Below, one piece after another: positions 12,881 to 25,382 of a stretch of DNA of 64,000 nt (within the stretch, counting starts at the first letter, position 1; each line of letters opens with the position of its first letter). Below the pieces are notes generated by a model. It made no database searches and was not told the origin of the DNA. It saw only the letters and a program-made list of their open reading frames with translations. The DNA is from Octopus bimaculoides (lineage: Eukaryota). Location: assembly GCF_001194135.2 (NCBI RefSeq), contig NC_068993.1:43598113-43662112 (forward strand), in the 5' to 3' direction. A program made the translations under genes and the position numbers.

Positions 12881-13071
12881 GAATCAATAGTAAATTGATC
12901 TACAAAATCACAGGTGGGAACCAGGATGCTCATTTTATTATTGATCCCCAGACTGGTATAATTTCTGTAAACCATACTTTGGACCGTGAACAATATCCAT
13001 CTTATTCTTTGACTATTACTGCCATGGATACAGTATTCCCTGTTTGGCAGCGCCACTCTGCCCTTGCCCAG
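12881..13071 (+). CDS. FAT4: Fat4 window-exon 2 (G-INSKLIYKITGGNQDAHF...LDREQYPSYSLTITAMD...ALAQ)
   Basis: Pyrimidine tract and TTTTAG acceptor; LDRE motif; donor CAG|GTTAGT; 191 nt, phase 1 to 0. Confidence 0.95.
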
Positions 13072-13399
13072 GTTAGTGTGATTTTTATTCTTCATTTGTA
13101 TGAAAAAAAATGTGATATGTAATATGAATATATTTGATTCATTCTTTTAATTCTCTTTGGCTCGTTTTAGTCGTTGAACTTTGGCTTTACTGGGACACTG
13201 CCTTTAGGGGTTTAGTTGTGGTACTTATTTTATCAGTCCCCAATTTTTTTGCTGAACTGCTAATTTGTGGATACATAAACAAACCAATACTGTTTGTCAA
13301 GTGGTGAGATACCAACACGCACACTCTCCCATGCACACGCACATCAACCATCAATCAGGTCCCCTCTCTGAATTCAAGGCTCAACTTGCCAAATTTTTT

Positions 13400-13600
13400 A
13401 AGTTCCTTATGTGTTGTACTGCATATATACAATAAGCCCTTGCTTCCAATCCATTCTCTGATGTCAGTTCACAAACATCTTTGCTGTCTCTACCCTCCAC
13501 ACTTCCTATCAAGATGGTCTTAGGCAATGATTCATGGTGTATTAAAAGCCCAAAATATGATAGCTTTGTAGACTTGATTCTCTTTGGACATTCAGCTTCA
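13400..13600 (-). mobile_element. Decayed RTE-clade LINE 3' remnant
   Basis: Minus strand reads KLSYFG...KTILIGSVEGR, resembling the RTE C-terminal L-x-YFGH...KTIL-x-G-x-VEG motif. Confidence 0.5.
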
Positions 13601-14408
13601 TATACATATATGGCAGTTACAAGGAATACGGAGATGAATACATCTGCATAATTTTTTTATTTAAATTTAATTTAGTTAAATATGCAGATATATTAATCTC
13701 CATATTCATTGTAACTGCCTTGGATGTACACTTGGTAAACTATTTATGATCCAGTGAAGCAAACCCATCATTTATCTATCGGATGAAATCCATTGGGATT
13801 GCTTGCCTCAAATAATCCTAGGTGCTGCTTACCACTCAATGCAGTTAGCCATAACTTTGATTATAATTGAGTGCTTGAACGGTACCCGCCTGGATATATT
13901 ATACCTATCTCTGTGTGTGTGTGTGTGCACCACAGGCTTCTTCATAGTTTTTGTTTATTGAATCCACTTACAAGTCATTGCAGTTGCCCTCAAGTCAAAA
14001 TAGAATCTACTAGCATCATGCACCATTCAGTGAGATTGAACTTGAAGCCATATGGTTGTGAAGCAAACTATTTAACTATACAGCCATGTCTACAACTCTG
14101 ATCACACTGAGTAAATCCGAAAGTATTTGGTATTTAAAAGTTTTCATTGATTAGCTAGAAATTAAAACCTCTCTCTCTCTCTCTCTCTCTCTCTCATCTA
14201 ATCTAAGAAAAGTATAAAGTATGAATTTATACCAATTCTTAAATCTTCTGCAAAATGGAACTTGTTGTTTACTTCCTTCATTTCATTCACCATGCCAGAC
14301 TTGATGCTTTCTGAAAAATAACACGGGAATTTCTAAATCAAAAGAAAATAAGATTTAATGGTAGACTATTCCTAAGATTCTGTATTTTATCACCCAACCA
14401 TTGCCCTG

Positions 14409-14691
14409 GTGACTTCAATACATTCCATATTACAAGAATATTAATATGAAGATTACCATTATATTTTCTCCAATAATAAAATTGATAAACAAAACAACAG
14501 CTGGAAAGCAAAGATCTTATTTTTGATTGATTTTTTTCGAACTAAGATGATTCCTACAAATCAACCATTCTTAAGAACATGACCAATATCCATCTTATTC
14601 CTTAACTATTACTGCAATAAATACACTAATCCCTGTTACTGCAATAGATACTCTAATCCTTATATTATTGCAATCGATCAGCTAATCCTTA
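14409..14691 (+). pseudogene. Decayed duplicate (pseudo-exon) of Fat4 exon 2 with its upstream intron flank
   Basis: 14584-14637 matches 12991-13044 at 47/54 nt. The upstream part aligns to the exon start with frameshifts. Flank words GTGACTTCAAT and GATTACCATT are shared with 12796-12857. The acceptor AG is lost. Confidence 0.85.
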
Positions 14692-15121
14692 TTTGATGTT
14701 ACCAAACTGACCTTATTTTTTTTTAACGGGTGTTGAAATTCTACAGTCTACAGAAAATTGGTTTTATTCAAGACATTGGTAAAGTAAATCATCAATAGAT
14801 TGTTATTATCATCACTATTATTATTGTATGAAGGTGCATAGCCTAGTGGTTAGAATGTTGCAGTCATAATTGCAAACTTACAGTTTCAGTTCCTAGACCA
14901 GGTGGTGCATTGTGTTTCTCGAGCAAAATACTTCATCTGATGGTACACCGTGCACTTGTTCAGGCAACATTGATTTGATGGAGAAAGAGAGCTAATGTAC
15001 AGCACATGCATTTGATCACTGTAAACAAATCATTTGTACAGGTTGTTCAGCAAAAAAGCTGAACACTCACACACCATCTTTGACAGGAGAGTCCTTCACT
15101 ATTATTATTATTGTTATTATT

Positions 15122-15515
15122 GTTCAGTAGTTTTATTTTTATAACGTGCTTTCACTTCACTACCGAGCGCAGCTCTGTGCGCCTTGGGTATGTGCTGTGG
15201 TTTGCTGTGATGCTCTTATGGTTACTGTATTGAAAGTGTTTTGCGTAGGATGTGTGCAGTGCCCAGTAGTGCAATTTTCTGTATGCTATATATATTTGTA
15301 AGTCCTGGTGTTTTTGTTATGTATTTGTCTGAATATTTTTTTATTATACCTAAGGCACCTACTATGATAGGAATTGTTTCTGTTTTTAGATTCCACATTC
15401 GAGTTACCTCTATTTCCAGGTCTTTGTATTTTGAAAGTTTCTCCATTTTTTTTAGGGAAACGTTGCCATCTGCTGGTATTGATACATCAATTAGAAAGCA
15501 TTTTTTTCCTTCATG
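15122..15515 (-). mobile_element. 3' end of an R4/Dong-like LINE with intact RLE C-terminal frame
   Basis: ORF 15222-15530(-): KCFLIDVSIP...KLSKYKDLEIEVTRMW...IPIIVGALG...QKIALLGTAHILRK, a PD-(D/E)xK RLE domain; (AAT)n tail. Confidence 0.88.
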
Positions 15516-15579
15516 TACAGTACATTTCACTTCTCAGAGCTCTCAATTTCACTTGCTCCAACTAATTTTGTAGGAACAG

Positions 15580-15840
15580 ACAGCAATCTGTTGTTGTCAA
15601 GAGTATCACAGTGTCTTCTTCCATGATACTTAACATCCAAGTACCAATCTCAAAATCCTTGTTGTCCCCAATACAGCAGTTTTCTGAGCATCTTCTACCC
15701 TCATGCCAATCGCAATTTCTCCAACAAAATTCTCAAACCTGATTGTTAATGCTCCCAGTACCCTTACAACTATTGAATGACAGTTATTTTCTTCATTGCC
15801 AGCATTCATGCAATCTCTTCTTCTTGTGGCTTGTACTTCT
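15580..15840 (-). mobile_element. 3' fragment of a second, diverged R4/Dong-like family
   Basis: IVVRVLGALT...FENFV...RVEDAQKTAVLGTTRILRLVL is homologous to the RLE tail; bounded by (ATT)n at about 15841-15863. Confidence 0.7.
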
Positions 15841-15984
15841 ATTATTATCATTATTATTATTATTTTGGTCTGGCTCAGGTTCGGTGTTATTCCAATAGGA
15901 ATTATGTGGTTAGTGGGTTACTACTTGTAGCGTTAGGTATCCACAAGTTTTCAGCATTCTTCTTCTTATTATTATTATTATTAT

Positions 15985-16240
15985 TGAGTGAGAGAGCAGT
16001 GCATGCCATCAAAGTAACACTGGGGTAAAATATACGAAGCCCAATATACCCATCATGACTACCCGTCTGATAAGGGTACACCAGGCACATGCATCACAAC
16101 CATATGTGCACAACATGGTGATCTCATATCAAGATAAACAATGCATGACCTCACAGGTGGGGGCCCAGTTAGAATTTTCTTCAGGTCGAGTAGCCCATCC
16201 CACTCAAAAGGTCCCTGAATAAGGTTTGTTTCCAAAGGTG
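15985..16240 (-). mobile_element. Non-coding retroposon (probable 3' UTR or non-autonomous partner of a Dong-like LINE) with (AAT)n tail
   Basis: GC-richer block between (ATT)n tracts; the minus strand ends CTCTCTCACTC-(AAT)n, the same polarity as the Dong-like copies. Confidence 0.45.
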
Positions 16241-16298
16241 AATTATTCAAAATTATTATTATTGATAATAATAATAATAATAATGATGATGATGATAT

Positions 16299-16750
16299 AA
16301 GGTGGCGAACTGGCAGAATTGTTAGCATGCAGGGCAAAAATGCTTAGCGGCATTTTGTCTGTCTTTATGTTCTAAGTTCAAATTCTGTCAAGGCTGACTT
16401 GGCCTTTCATGCTTAAAGGTTCGATTAAATAACTACCGGTTGAACACATTGATGTCAATATAATTGACATGCTTTTCCTCTCAAATTACTGGCCTTGTGC
16501 CAAAATTTGAAAGAATTATTATTATTTCTGTTTAGGCAGTGAGCTAACAGAATCATTATCATGCCGGGCTGAATGCTTAATGACATTTCATCTGTCTTTA
16601 CATTCTGAGTTCAAAATCTGCCATGGTCGACATCACCTTTCATTCTTTCGGCGTTGGTGAAAGAAGTACAAGTTACACACTGGGCTCAATGTAATCAATT
16701 AGCCTCCTCCCCCAAAATTTCAAGGCTTGTGCCTGTAGTAGAAAGGATTA
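16299..16750 (+). mobile_element. Two tandem ATT-tailed SINE copies
   Basis: Heads at about 16299 and 16533; ATT spacers. Confidence 0.8.
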
Positions 16751-17204
16751 TTACTATATATTCCTAGATTTAGAGTTATGTTCTATGTAGTCATTGTTTT
16801 TAAAACTGAATCAATTATTTAGTTCATTTTTACATCCATTTTTCTATGCCAGCATGAGTTAGACATTGTATATTATTTAGGTATTGTGTAACAGCCAGAT
16901 GCCCTTCCTGGCACTATCCCTTACTTTTTAAGTAATGGATCTCTTCTTTCACATGAAGCAAGTGGATTATTTGTTAACAGAAGAAATGACAGTTATGTCA
17001 CTGCTTGTTGTTCAGAAATTTTTGGAGTAACACAAATATAAACAAACAAATGGACACACATACACAATGCACTCTCACACACATGCACATATACATGATG
17101 CTCCTTTCAGTTTCCTTCTGTGAAATCAACTCACAAGACTTCAGTTGGTCCAGCATTATAGTAGAATATACTTGCACAAAGAGCCATGCAAAACCACTTG
17201 GTAG

Positions 17205-17430
17205 GCACATGGCTTAGTATTTCGGGTGTTGGACTCATGATCATAAGATTGTGGTTTTGATTCCTGGACTGGACGATGTGTGGTGCTCTTGAGCAAAACT
17301 TCATTTCACGCTGTTCCAGTCCACTCAGCTGGCAAAAATGAGTAATCCTGTGATGGACCGGTGTCCCACCCAGGTGGGGAATATATATGCCAAGGAAACC
17401 GGGAAACCAACCCTTATGAGTCAGCATGAC
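17205..17430 (+). mobile_element. tRNA-head SINE with CORE/Meta-like middle (TTGAGCAAAAC...CACTCAGCTG...AATGAGT)
   Basis: A-box-like TGGCTTAGT and B-box-like GGTTTTGATTCC; related copies at about 21970-22310, 22635-22800, 29755-29930 and 63290-63490(-). Confidence 0.7.
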
Positions 17431-17591
17431 TTGAGAAGGTAACTTTACTTTATGTGATAGGGAAATAAACTCTCTAACCACACAGCCATACCTGCACCTA
17501 CATTTAGGGACCAAGTAAATAATTTTACCACATTGTTTCAGTTTCGGACCCTTAATAATATCCCTTGGTTTCTATTTTTTGCCTATTTCAG

Positions 17592-18052
17592 GTGACAATT
17601 ATAGTATCTGATGTAAATGACTGTGCCCCAAGATTTACGTCGCCAACTGAAATATGGGTGGAAGAAAACGCTCCAATTAATACTATTGTGTACAACATTA
17701 AAGCAATAGACGATGATGATGATGGGCCCAATCAGAACATCAAATACTCCATCACTGCTTCTACTGGTCCATTCTCTATTAGACCAGATGACGGAAGCTT
17801 AAGATTGATGTCATCTTTGGACAGAGAGTCTCGAGATACTTACTATTTGACTATCAAGGCAACAGATGGAGGGACACCCATGTTATCGTCCACAATTGAC
17901 ATTGTTGTCCATGTAAAAGACGAAAATGATAACAATCCAGTGTTCTTCCCAAAGCAATATCAAGCAAACATAAGTGAAAGCAAGCCTGTTGGTACTATTT
18001 TATTGCGGGTCACCGCTACAGATCTTGACATAGGTCTGAATGGTATGGTTCG
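17592..18052 (+). CDS. FAT4: Fat4 window-exon 3 (VTIIVSDVNDCAPRF...DENDNNPVF...GLNGMV-R)
   Basis: TTTCAG acceptor; two DxND-type linkers and LDRE; donor CG|GTGAGT; 461 nt, phase 0 to 2. Confidence 0.96.
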
Positions 18053-19487
18053 GTGAGTATTGCTTAAATTTTACTGTTTCTTAGCTTTATTTTTTAAATT
18101 AGAAAGTATCATCTTCATCATTACCATTTTCTTTTAATGTCCATCTTTCCTGCTGACATAATTTTGAAGGTTTGACATTATTTTAGTGCTTTGACAGGAT
18201 TTATGACTGCATCCAGTTCCAGTGTCTGCTTTGGCTTGGTTTCTACAGCTGGATGTTCTTCCTAACACTGAAGTATAGTGGGTGCATTTTTCCACTTTAC
18301 AAAGTGTAGTGGTTGCTTTTTTTTTTTTCATGGAGCCATCAATAGTGAGGTTACCATGCAGCTCATGTGACTCAGATCCCCTTCAATTGAATGGGGTTTC
18401 AATTAAGTTTTATGCTAGGGGATGAGAAGTTAAAGTAATTCATTTATTTTAGCTTTGTTGAATAAGCAAATGTCATAATTTGTCTATCTCTCATTGTTGC
18501 TCAATGTAGGGTGAGGGCCTTACTGGCCACTGCTATTAAGTTGACCAACAGGCCATATGAGATGTGATATTTTGGAGTCTTCCACATCCTAACAGAGGAC
18601 AAAGATCCTTCCAACTACATTGATATTATTGGCAGAAACACACATGAAATTCAGGATGTTTCAAAGCCAAAAGGGGACAGAGATATCAGGTGCAGCATTG
18701 TGAAACATATCTCAGTTGCTACACGTGGAGAAGAAAAAGAAGTCTATGTGTCTGTGTAACTTATGAACAGAGATGCACACATTATACATGTACCTTATAA
18801 TTATGTGTGGTTGTGGGATTCAGGTAGTGCAGTACTGATCACATGGTCACCAGTTCAACTCTTATTAATATAGCCATTGTGTTGTGTGCATCAATGAACA
18901 GAGCATGTAATTATTCTTGCTCTAATTTAGCTGATTGATATGAAACGACTTTCAACCTTTACTTTATGGTTGAGTAATTAGCAGTCAAAAAGTATCCAGA
19001 ACCTGTTCTTATGGAAACCATCTCATTTGTATCAGTTTTTTCCCATACAGTGTAGATCCAGGAGGACTCTTTAATCTTATCTTTTTAATGGTAGCACCAT
19101 GGTTCTAGATGGCGATGAATAAGCAAAAGCAACCTAGGATCCAGAGGACACTTTTGTCTTGTTTTGTTGAAGACAATGCAACTTTTGTAGTGGTACTGCC
19201 ATGATAAAAGTGACCTAGTATATTCTGGTGATGACTAAGCAGACACCGTGTATTGTTAAGAGAACACTGTTGCCTTGTCTTGAGGATATGACGGCTGTCT
19301 AGTGGTAGATCCATAGTAGACGGCACCTTCTACATTCTGTAAAGTGCTTTATGAATGAGGAAAGACACCATAGTCCAAAGACCCCTTTTGCCTTTCCTGA
19401 CGGACATGGCCAGCATGGAAGACTAACATTGAAGGATGATGATGTTAACTCTTTGAATTAGGAAAAACATCAATCCATAGAAGCCAT

Positions 19488-19873
19488 GTTGTTGGCACTC
19501 TGTTGCTTACGACGTCGAGGGTTCCAGTTGATCCGATCAACGGAAACAGCCTGCTCGTGAAATTAATGTGCAAGTGGCTGAGGACTCCACAGACACGTGT
19601 ACCCTTAACGTAATTCTCGGGGATATTCAGCATGACACAGTGTGACAAGGCTGACCCTTTGAATTACAGGCACAACAGAAACAGGAAGTAAGAGTGAGAG
19701 AAAGTTGTGGTGGAAGAGTACAGCAGGGTTTGCCACCATCCCCTGCCGGAGCCTCGTGGAGCTTTAGGTGTTTTCGCTCAATAAACACACACAACGCCCG
19801 GTCTGGGAATCAAAACCGCGATCCTATGACCGCAAGTCCACTGCCCTAACCACTGGGCCATTGCGCCTCCACA
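19488..19873 (-). mobile_element. Full-length 386-bp tRNA-derived SINE with 11-bp target-site duplication
   Basis: TSD ATAGAAGCCAT at 19477-19487 and 19874-19884; A-box TGGCCCAGTGG and B-box-like GGTTTTGATTCC on the minus strand; CAACAAC tail; many CpGs retained, so a young copy. Confidence 0.9.
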
Positions 19874-20790
19874 ATAGAAGCCATAGCAGAAATAAAAAGT
19901 ATGAGTGACACCTGATCCTTTAATCTGCCTAGGTGGGCCATAGTAACTCTTTAACTAAGTACCAGCTTAGACTATAACGACTCATCCAACTTATACCAAC
20001 ATGGAAAACGGGTCTAAAACAATAGTGATGAAGATGATGATACTCCACAATCTCCTTCTTCTGTGATGTGCAGCCATTATGTACTCTCTACTACATTGAC
20101 TTAGTGCCGTCCTCAATAACGATTTGCTGCTGTTATAGCTTTAGTTTATTAAGTAGAACAGATTTCGTAAAGCTTTTCCACTAACTAAACTCAAACATTT
20201 CAGAACAGATATTAACAAAATCAATTGAGCTCAGATGGTAATGTGTGGGTGGTAGGGGTGGGTAGGGTGGTAAGATTATCTTTTAAAAATTCTTCAGTAA
20301 TTTGTTTCAATGGCAACATTCAGGAACTTTTCAATATTGTTTTGTTGACATATAATGCTGTTGTTGTTTAACTCTCTTCTTCTCATCATCATTATTATTA
20401 TTATTATTATTATTATTAAGATTATAAAAAAATTATAAAATAGTATTATTATTAAGATTATAAAAATAAAATTAAAAAATCATCATCGTCTCTTCTAATA
20501 CCTATTTCTAGTTTTATTTAAAATCAAACGTATTGATTATTGCAGTGCTAATCGAAGAAATAAATAAACAAACAAAAATTTGCACTAATATCACTAGCAG
20601 CCCCATCATCAACACCACCACCACCACCACCTTTCATGTTTTAGCATTGTGTTTCTCTTATGTAGTTGATTGATGAAGCAACAGTAAATTATATAATTCC
20701 TGATCTTTACCGACAAAAACATCAAACAACTCCTTCACCCATTCACCACTTCTATTTATTAATTTGATTCAATCTCCTCTTCTTGTTTAG

Positions 20791-21239
20791 GTACTTTATC
20801 ATTGAAGGCGATGATAACCAAGATTTCAGTCTTGATCAGAGCAGTGGTTTGTTGCGAATACAGAAACAATTGGATTACGAACGGAAGAAGTCTTACCACA
20901 TTATCATTCAATGTGAAGATAACGGGGTCGAAGCCCGTAATGACACGGCAGCTGTTTATATCTCCATAGTTGACATTAACGATAATGCTCCAGTATTTGT
21001 TGACTCACCTTTTCTAGCTTATGTCCAAGAGAATATGGAGAAGTTGCCCGTCCATGTTAGTATATTGTCAGCAAGAGATGATGATTCACATCTGTACAGC
21101 CGGATAACGTATGCTTTTCGTGATGGTGACCGAAATATTTTTCATATAAATTCAAGCTCAGGGGAAATAACTGCTAGTCGAAAACTTGATCGAGAAGTTC
21201 AATCTACCTATAGACTCACTGTTATAGCTACCGATTCAG
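20791..21239 (+). CDS. FAT4: Fat4 window-exon 4 (YFIIEGDDNQDF...LDYE...DINDNAPVF...LDRE...ATDS-G)
   Basis: TTTAG acceptor; cadherin motifs; donor G|GTAAGA; 449 nt, phase 2 to 1. Confidence 0.96.
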
Positions 21240-22918
21240 GTAAGAACCTTAATGATGTTTCTGTGTGCCAGAAGGTTTCTTGCTATCAAGAAGCTACATG
21301 CCTACTCTCATGCAATGGGTTTCCTATAGCGTGTGTTTGTTGTGTGTGTGTAAGAGAGAAAGAGAGAGACTTTCCATTGTCTTGATGTTGTTTCCATGCT
21401 GTGTAAAAACAATATCACTGCTTAAGGGATGATGTCTTTGTTTATAATCTGCTGTGAAGGCATCTCCAGCCATTGAGTTTTTCATTGCTTTAAAGGACTA
21501 GGGGAAACAAGTGGGAAGACCATGTGCCCACAAGAAAATCGTTGAGCCATAGAAATGGTTTTTCAGTAAGTTTCATCTGACCCATACTAGCAAGGAATAT
21601 TGGATGATATCATAACAATGATCACACACACTGCACATATATGTGTATGCACATACTTTAAGGGTGAAATCCCAGCATGGCCACAGCTCAGTGAGTGGAA
21701 CCCATAAAACAATATAAGAATATACTTCAAATTTGGAAAAATAAACATCTGTTGCTTTACAAACTTTTATACATTTTTTTCAAGTGTCATATTGGTCTAA
21801 GGTCTAGTCCCACTGTCTTTTACTCCATCCCTAGGCTGACCAGTGTCATATGAGTGAGATTGGACAGAAACTGTATGAGAGCTTGATGTGTATATGTGTG
21901 TGTGTATTAACCTCCCCAGTGGGGAATTGAACCCTGGTCTCCCACATGATAGGTGTTGATACTTACCACTATGGCTCAGTGATTAGAGTGTCAGCCTCAC
22001 AATCATGAGGTAGTGAGTTTGATTCTCAGACTGGACTATGTGTTGTGTTCTTGAGCAAGACGCTTTATTTCATGTTGCTCCAGTTCACTCAGCTGTTGAA
22101 ATGAGTTGCGGCCTCACTGGTGCCAAGCTGTATTGACCTCTGCCTTTCCCTTGGATAACATTGGTGGTGTGGAGAAGGAGGCTGGTATTCATGGGTAACT
22201 ACTGGTCTTCCATAAACAACCGGACCTTTACCCCTGAGGGTAACTTTCTAGATGTAATCCCATGGTCATTCATGACTGAAGGGGGTCTTTATCCTTGTGT
22301 GTGTGTGTGTGTGAAGGTTGGCATTTCCTTTTGGCACATGAGAGAAGAAGAAAAAAAGAAAATGGTGTTGTTGTATTTACGTTTTGGTGTACATAACATA
22401 ATTTCAAAGTAATGGAATAAAAACTTTTGTATTTGTAAAGCAGGAAAGAGTTAGTGACAGGAAGAGCATCCAGATGTAAAAATACTGCTTCAAGTAAGCA
22501 CCCATCCAACCAATGCCAGTATAGACAAGTGGATGTTAAACATAAACAAATATACAAATATTTGTTAACCAGTTGTCAGTCTTTGTGGAGGTACAAGGCG
22601 TAGTGGTTAGGGTGTTGGACTCATGTTCGTAAAATTGTGGTTTCAATTTCTGGGTCGGGCAATGTATTGTGTTCTTGAGCAAAACACTTCATTTTACGTT
22701 ACTCCAGTCCATTCAGCTAGTAAAAATAAGTAATCTTGTAATGGACTGGCATCCCATCCAGAGAGAAATACATACACCAGAGAAACCGGGAAACCAGCAG
22801 TTGTCGATCTTAGACTACAATGTATTATCGTGCTGATGAGTTAAATGTATAATAATAAGCGTGCTAAAGAAAGAGGTTAGGTTATAAATTAATTATGCTT
22901 ATCTCTTGTTTATCTCAG

Positions 22919-23099
22919 GGTCTCCTCCATTGACTGGTACTGGTACTGTGAACATTGAAGTACAAGATATAAATGATAACACCCCTGTCTTCCTGCAGCC
23001 ACACTATGTAGGTTACATTGATGAGAATCAACATGAAAACTCTTCTATTGTGACTGTGAAAGCTTCAGACAAAGACGAAGGAATTAATGCTTTGATCAG
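22919..23099 (+). CDS. FAT4: Fat4 window-exon 5 (G-SPPLTGTGTVNIEVQDINDNTPVF...GINALI-R)
   Basis: CTCAG acceptor; donor AG|GTGAGC; 181 nt, phase 1 to 2. Confidence 0.96.
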
Positions 23100-25127
23100 G
23101 TGAGCTTTCAGGTTTACTCATAATGTCTTTGTTCTTTTGTTATATATTAATCTGTCTTTACTCCTGTATAAGTTGCACTACTTTAATCTTGATTTTAACT
23201 GAAAAAACTTGGGTGCAGAATAAATTTTGTTAATGAAACTGTTTCTAAACAGTTAATTCCAAATCATATCAAGGGCAATAATCCATTAGTCATTTTCATT
23301 ATGGTGTCTAACATAAGAGCTAGGAGGATTTAGATTTTATAAGGTGAGAAGAAATAGAAACCTCTAGATGCCTTGTTGTTCCAAAGAACCTTAGTAATTA
23401 CATCATAATAAAATTACCAAATATTTATAATAATTATCAACAAATATTTATGAGCATAATTCCCTATTTCGTTTTGGATTTTGTTATATTCTTCTTGTGT
23501 TTTGTTATCTCTCTTAGATTACTAGATTAACATACCATGTTTTTTTTTGTTGTTTTTTTTTTTAATAAAGATCCATAGATATGATCCCTTAAGATAACTA
23601 CAGCATTAACTGACTAGACTGATAATATATATCTTGATGGTGAGAATGCTTCAAAACACTGTTCAAGAACAGAAATACTGTGCCCTCCTTGATATGTTAA
23701 TATTTCATTCAACTGAAATAATGCAGTTCAGAAATAGTTTCTGTTATAAGTTACATAAATCTATAGAATGTGTTTGATCAAACACAGTAGTTATAATACA
23801 CAAGGTATATTTTTCTCAAATGAGTTCAATAATCAAATGCATGCAGATCATCATCATCATCATTGTTTAATGTTTGCTTTCCCTGCTGGCATGGGTTGGA
23901 CGGTTTGACTGAGGACTGGCAAGCCAGGAGGCTGCACCAGGGTCCAATCTGATTTGGCAAGGTTTCTACAGCTGGATGCCTTTCCTAACACCAACCACTC
24001 TGAGAGTGCAGTAGGTGCTTTTTACATGCTATCAGCACTAGTGAGGCCACTATGCAGCTTGCAAGACTACAAACCCCAAGTGGTGAGGAGGTGGGGCAAC
24101 TGTATGCTAGGTGAATAAGAAGTGGATAGTGGTAAAATATAAAAGAAAACGACTGAAATAGAGGAGCTACATAGCCACTCACATTTTAGAAGAGAGGGTG
24201 AGTGAAGGTGGAGTGAAGAATTTAAACTGGAAATTTATAACATCATGATAAGAAAGAATTTTTATAGAAAAGTTATATTGAAGAATTTTCATAGAAAACT
24301 TATGACATTATATTGTGGAATAAGAATTTATGCTAGTATTTATTCAACAGTCTTACATAGCTAAAAGTTTTTTTTACTTTTTTTTTTATGTGCTTTGAAC
24401 ATTTTTAAATCTTCAGATGTGACCAGAATCCCTCCTTTTCTATAGCATCTACCCAGAAATAATGTCTGCATTCATCTTAATTCAAATCTTACATTCTAAA
24501 GAATTACAACGACTTATCTTATAGGAGAGTTTTTTTATTTAAAAAAAAAATTAAAAGCTTAGCTAAGTTCTTTATGATTTGACCAAAAGAAATTTGTATA
24601 AAAACCAACAAATAAATTAAGAAAGTAAGTTTGAAATTGTCTTCAGTGGCTGCAGACTGGATAGAAATGAAAAATAAAGTTGATTACAGAATCGACATGA
24701 CAAAGCTGAATTTATATATAGGAAAAAGAAAAAGAAAACTAGATAAAAAGAAGAAATGAGATTATATAATCTCAGTTGGAAACTTATTATTGTCTCATGA
24801 TTAATCTACCTGCAGAAAACCAAGAAATTGCTTGTGGTTTGGATTAAAATTAGTGCTGACATTAATAAGTCTTCATTAGAAAACATAATCATTGATTTAC
24901 TTTCATTTTATCACACTTGGAGAACATTGAAAATATCTGTGGGTTTCAGTTTTTTGTTTTGTTGAAGTTTCTTTTGTTTTTTTGTCTGTTTTTGTTTCTT
25001 GTTTTGTTTTTACCTCTTGATGTTTGTTTTATGTTTTATAAGAAGAATACTGTCTAAATCAAACTGATAATAAATAGTATTTGTTATAGTCAATAATAAT
25101 AATAATAATAATAACATTGTCATTTTT

Positions 25128-25382
25128 GACTAAAGGATTTATTTATTGATGAAAGAAGAAACATTAAATAATAATAATCCTTCCTACTAAAGGTACAAGG
25201 CTTGAAATTTTAGGATAGGGGACTAGTAGATGACATCGACCCCAGTGTTTCACTGGTACTTAATTTATCGACCCTGAAAGGAATAAAAGGCAAAGTCAAG
25301 CTTGGTGAATAATAAAAGCATTGCGTTATTTCAGACTAAAGGATTTATTTATTGATGAAAGAAGAAACATTAAATAATAATA
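25128..25382 (+). repeat. Perfect 49-bp direct repeat bracketing a SINE fragment
   Basis: GACTAAAGGATTTATTTATTGATGAAAGAAGAAACATTAAATAATAATA at 25128-25176 and 25334-25382. Confidence 0.9.
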
